DNA of 63,872 nt, filler included, from Octopus bimaculoides (taxonomy: Eukaryota), in assembly GCF_001194135.2 (NCBI RefSeq). It is 6 parts of 6 records of this genome, joined end to end, with 100 filler letters (N's around TTAATTAATTAA, not from the genome) between each part and the next. Parts side by side here need not be neighbours in the genome. Positions count along the whole stretch, not along the records: positions 62,856 to 63,872 come from NW_026321808.1; 5 more parts are not named here. One strand, given 5' to 3'. Position 1 is the first letter of the stretch, and the number at the start of each line of letters is the position of its first letter. The position numbers and the translations under genes were made by a program. This document shows positions 63,669 to 63,872 of the stretch, one piece after another. Below the pieces are notes generated by a model, which was given only the letters and a program-made list of their open reading frames with translations, ran no database searches and was not told the DNA's origin.

Positions 63669-63872
63669 CTTGATGCAGTTATAATATTTGGAGGTAAGAT
63701 TTTTTTTCAAAGAGTTAAGATTGATAAAAGAACCCTTTTAGAAAGTCGAAAGGTACTATCTTTTGGGATGAGATTTCACAAAATGTGTGTAGCTTTTGCT
63801 TTTACAGATGTGCAAGCGCTTTCAGTTCTTAATGTTTTCAAGCAGGTGTTATTACATATGTAATAACACGAG

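Overview
AT-rich, gap-ridden eukaryotic DNA with a very high microsatellite load. The SINE families and repeat profile look like an octopus (coleoid cephalopod) draft assembly; this is recognition from memory and was not verified. No protein-coding gene can be named. Almost every ORF in the track is a microsatellite or N-gap artefact. The window is a stack of mobile-element debris: about 30 tRNA-derived SINE copies (working labels A, B, C, D), four mariner/Tc1 derivatives, RTE, CR1/L2-like and L1/Tx1-like LINE fragments, two RLE-type (R4/Dong-like) LINE 3' ends inside (TAA)n tracts, and Penelope-like fragments with hammerhead ribozyme motifs. There are also three promoter-like CpG patches and a few weak candidate exons. 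Best leads: (1) two independent insertions of one SINE-B subfamily at the same position of the SINE-A tRNA-like head, with a 3' tail shared with a probable LINE 3' UTR; (2) hammerhead ribozyme motifs, one with a palindromic stem III and long stem II and one with a non-canonical core; (3) a mariner made of two 5' ends that appears to have moved as a unit; (4) long spacer-less palindromes. Boundaries of degenerate repeats are approximate.
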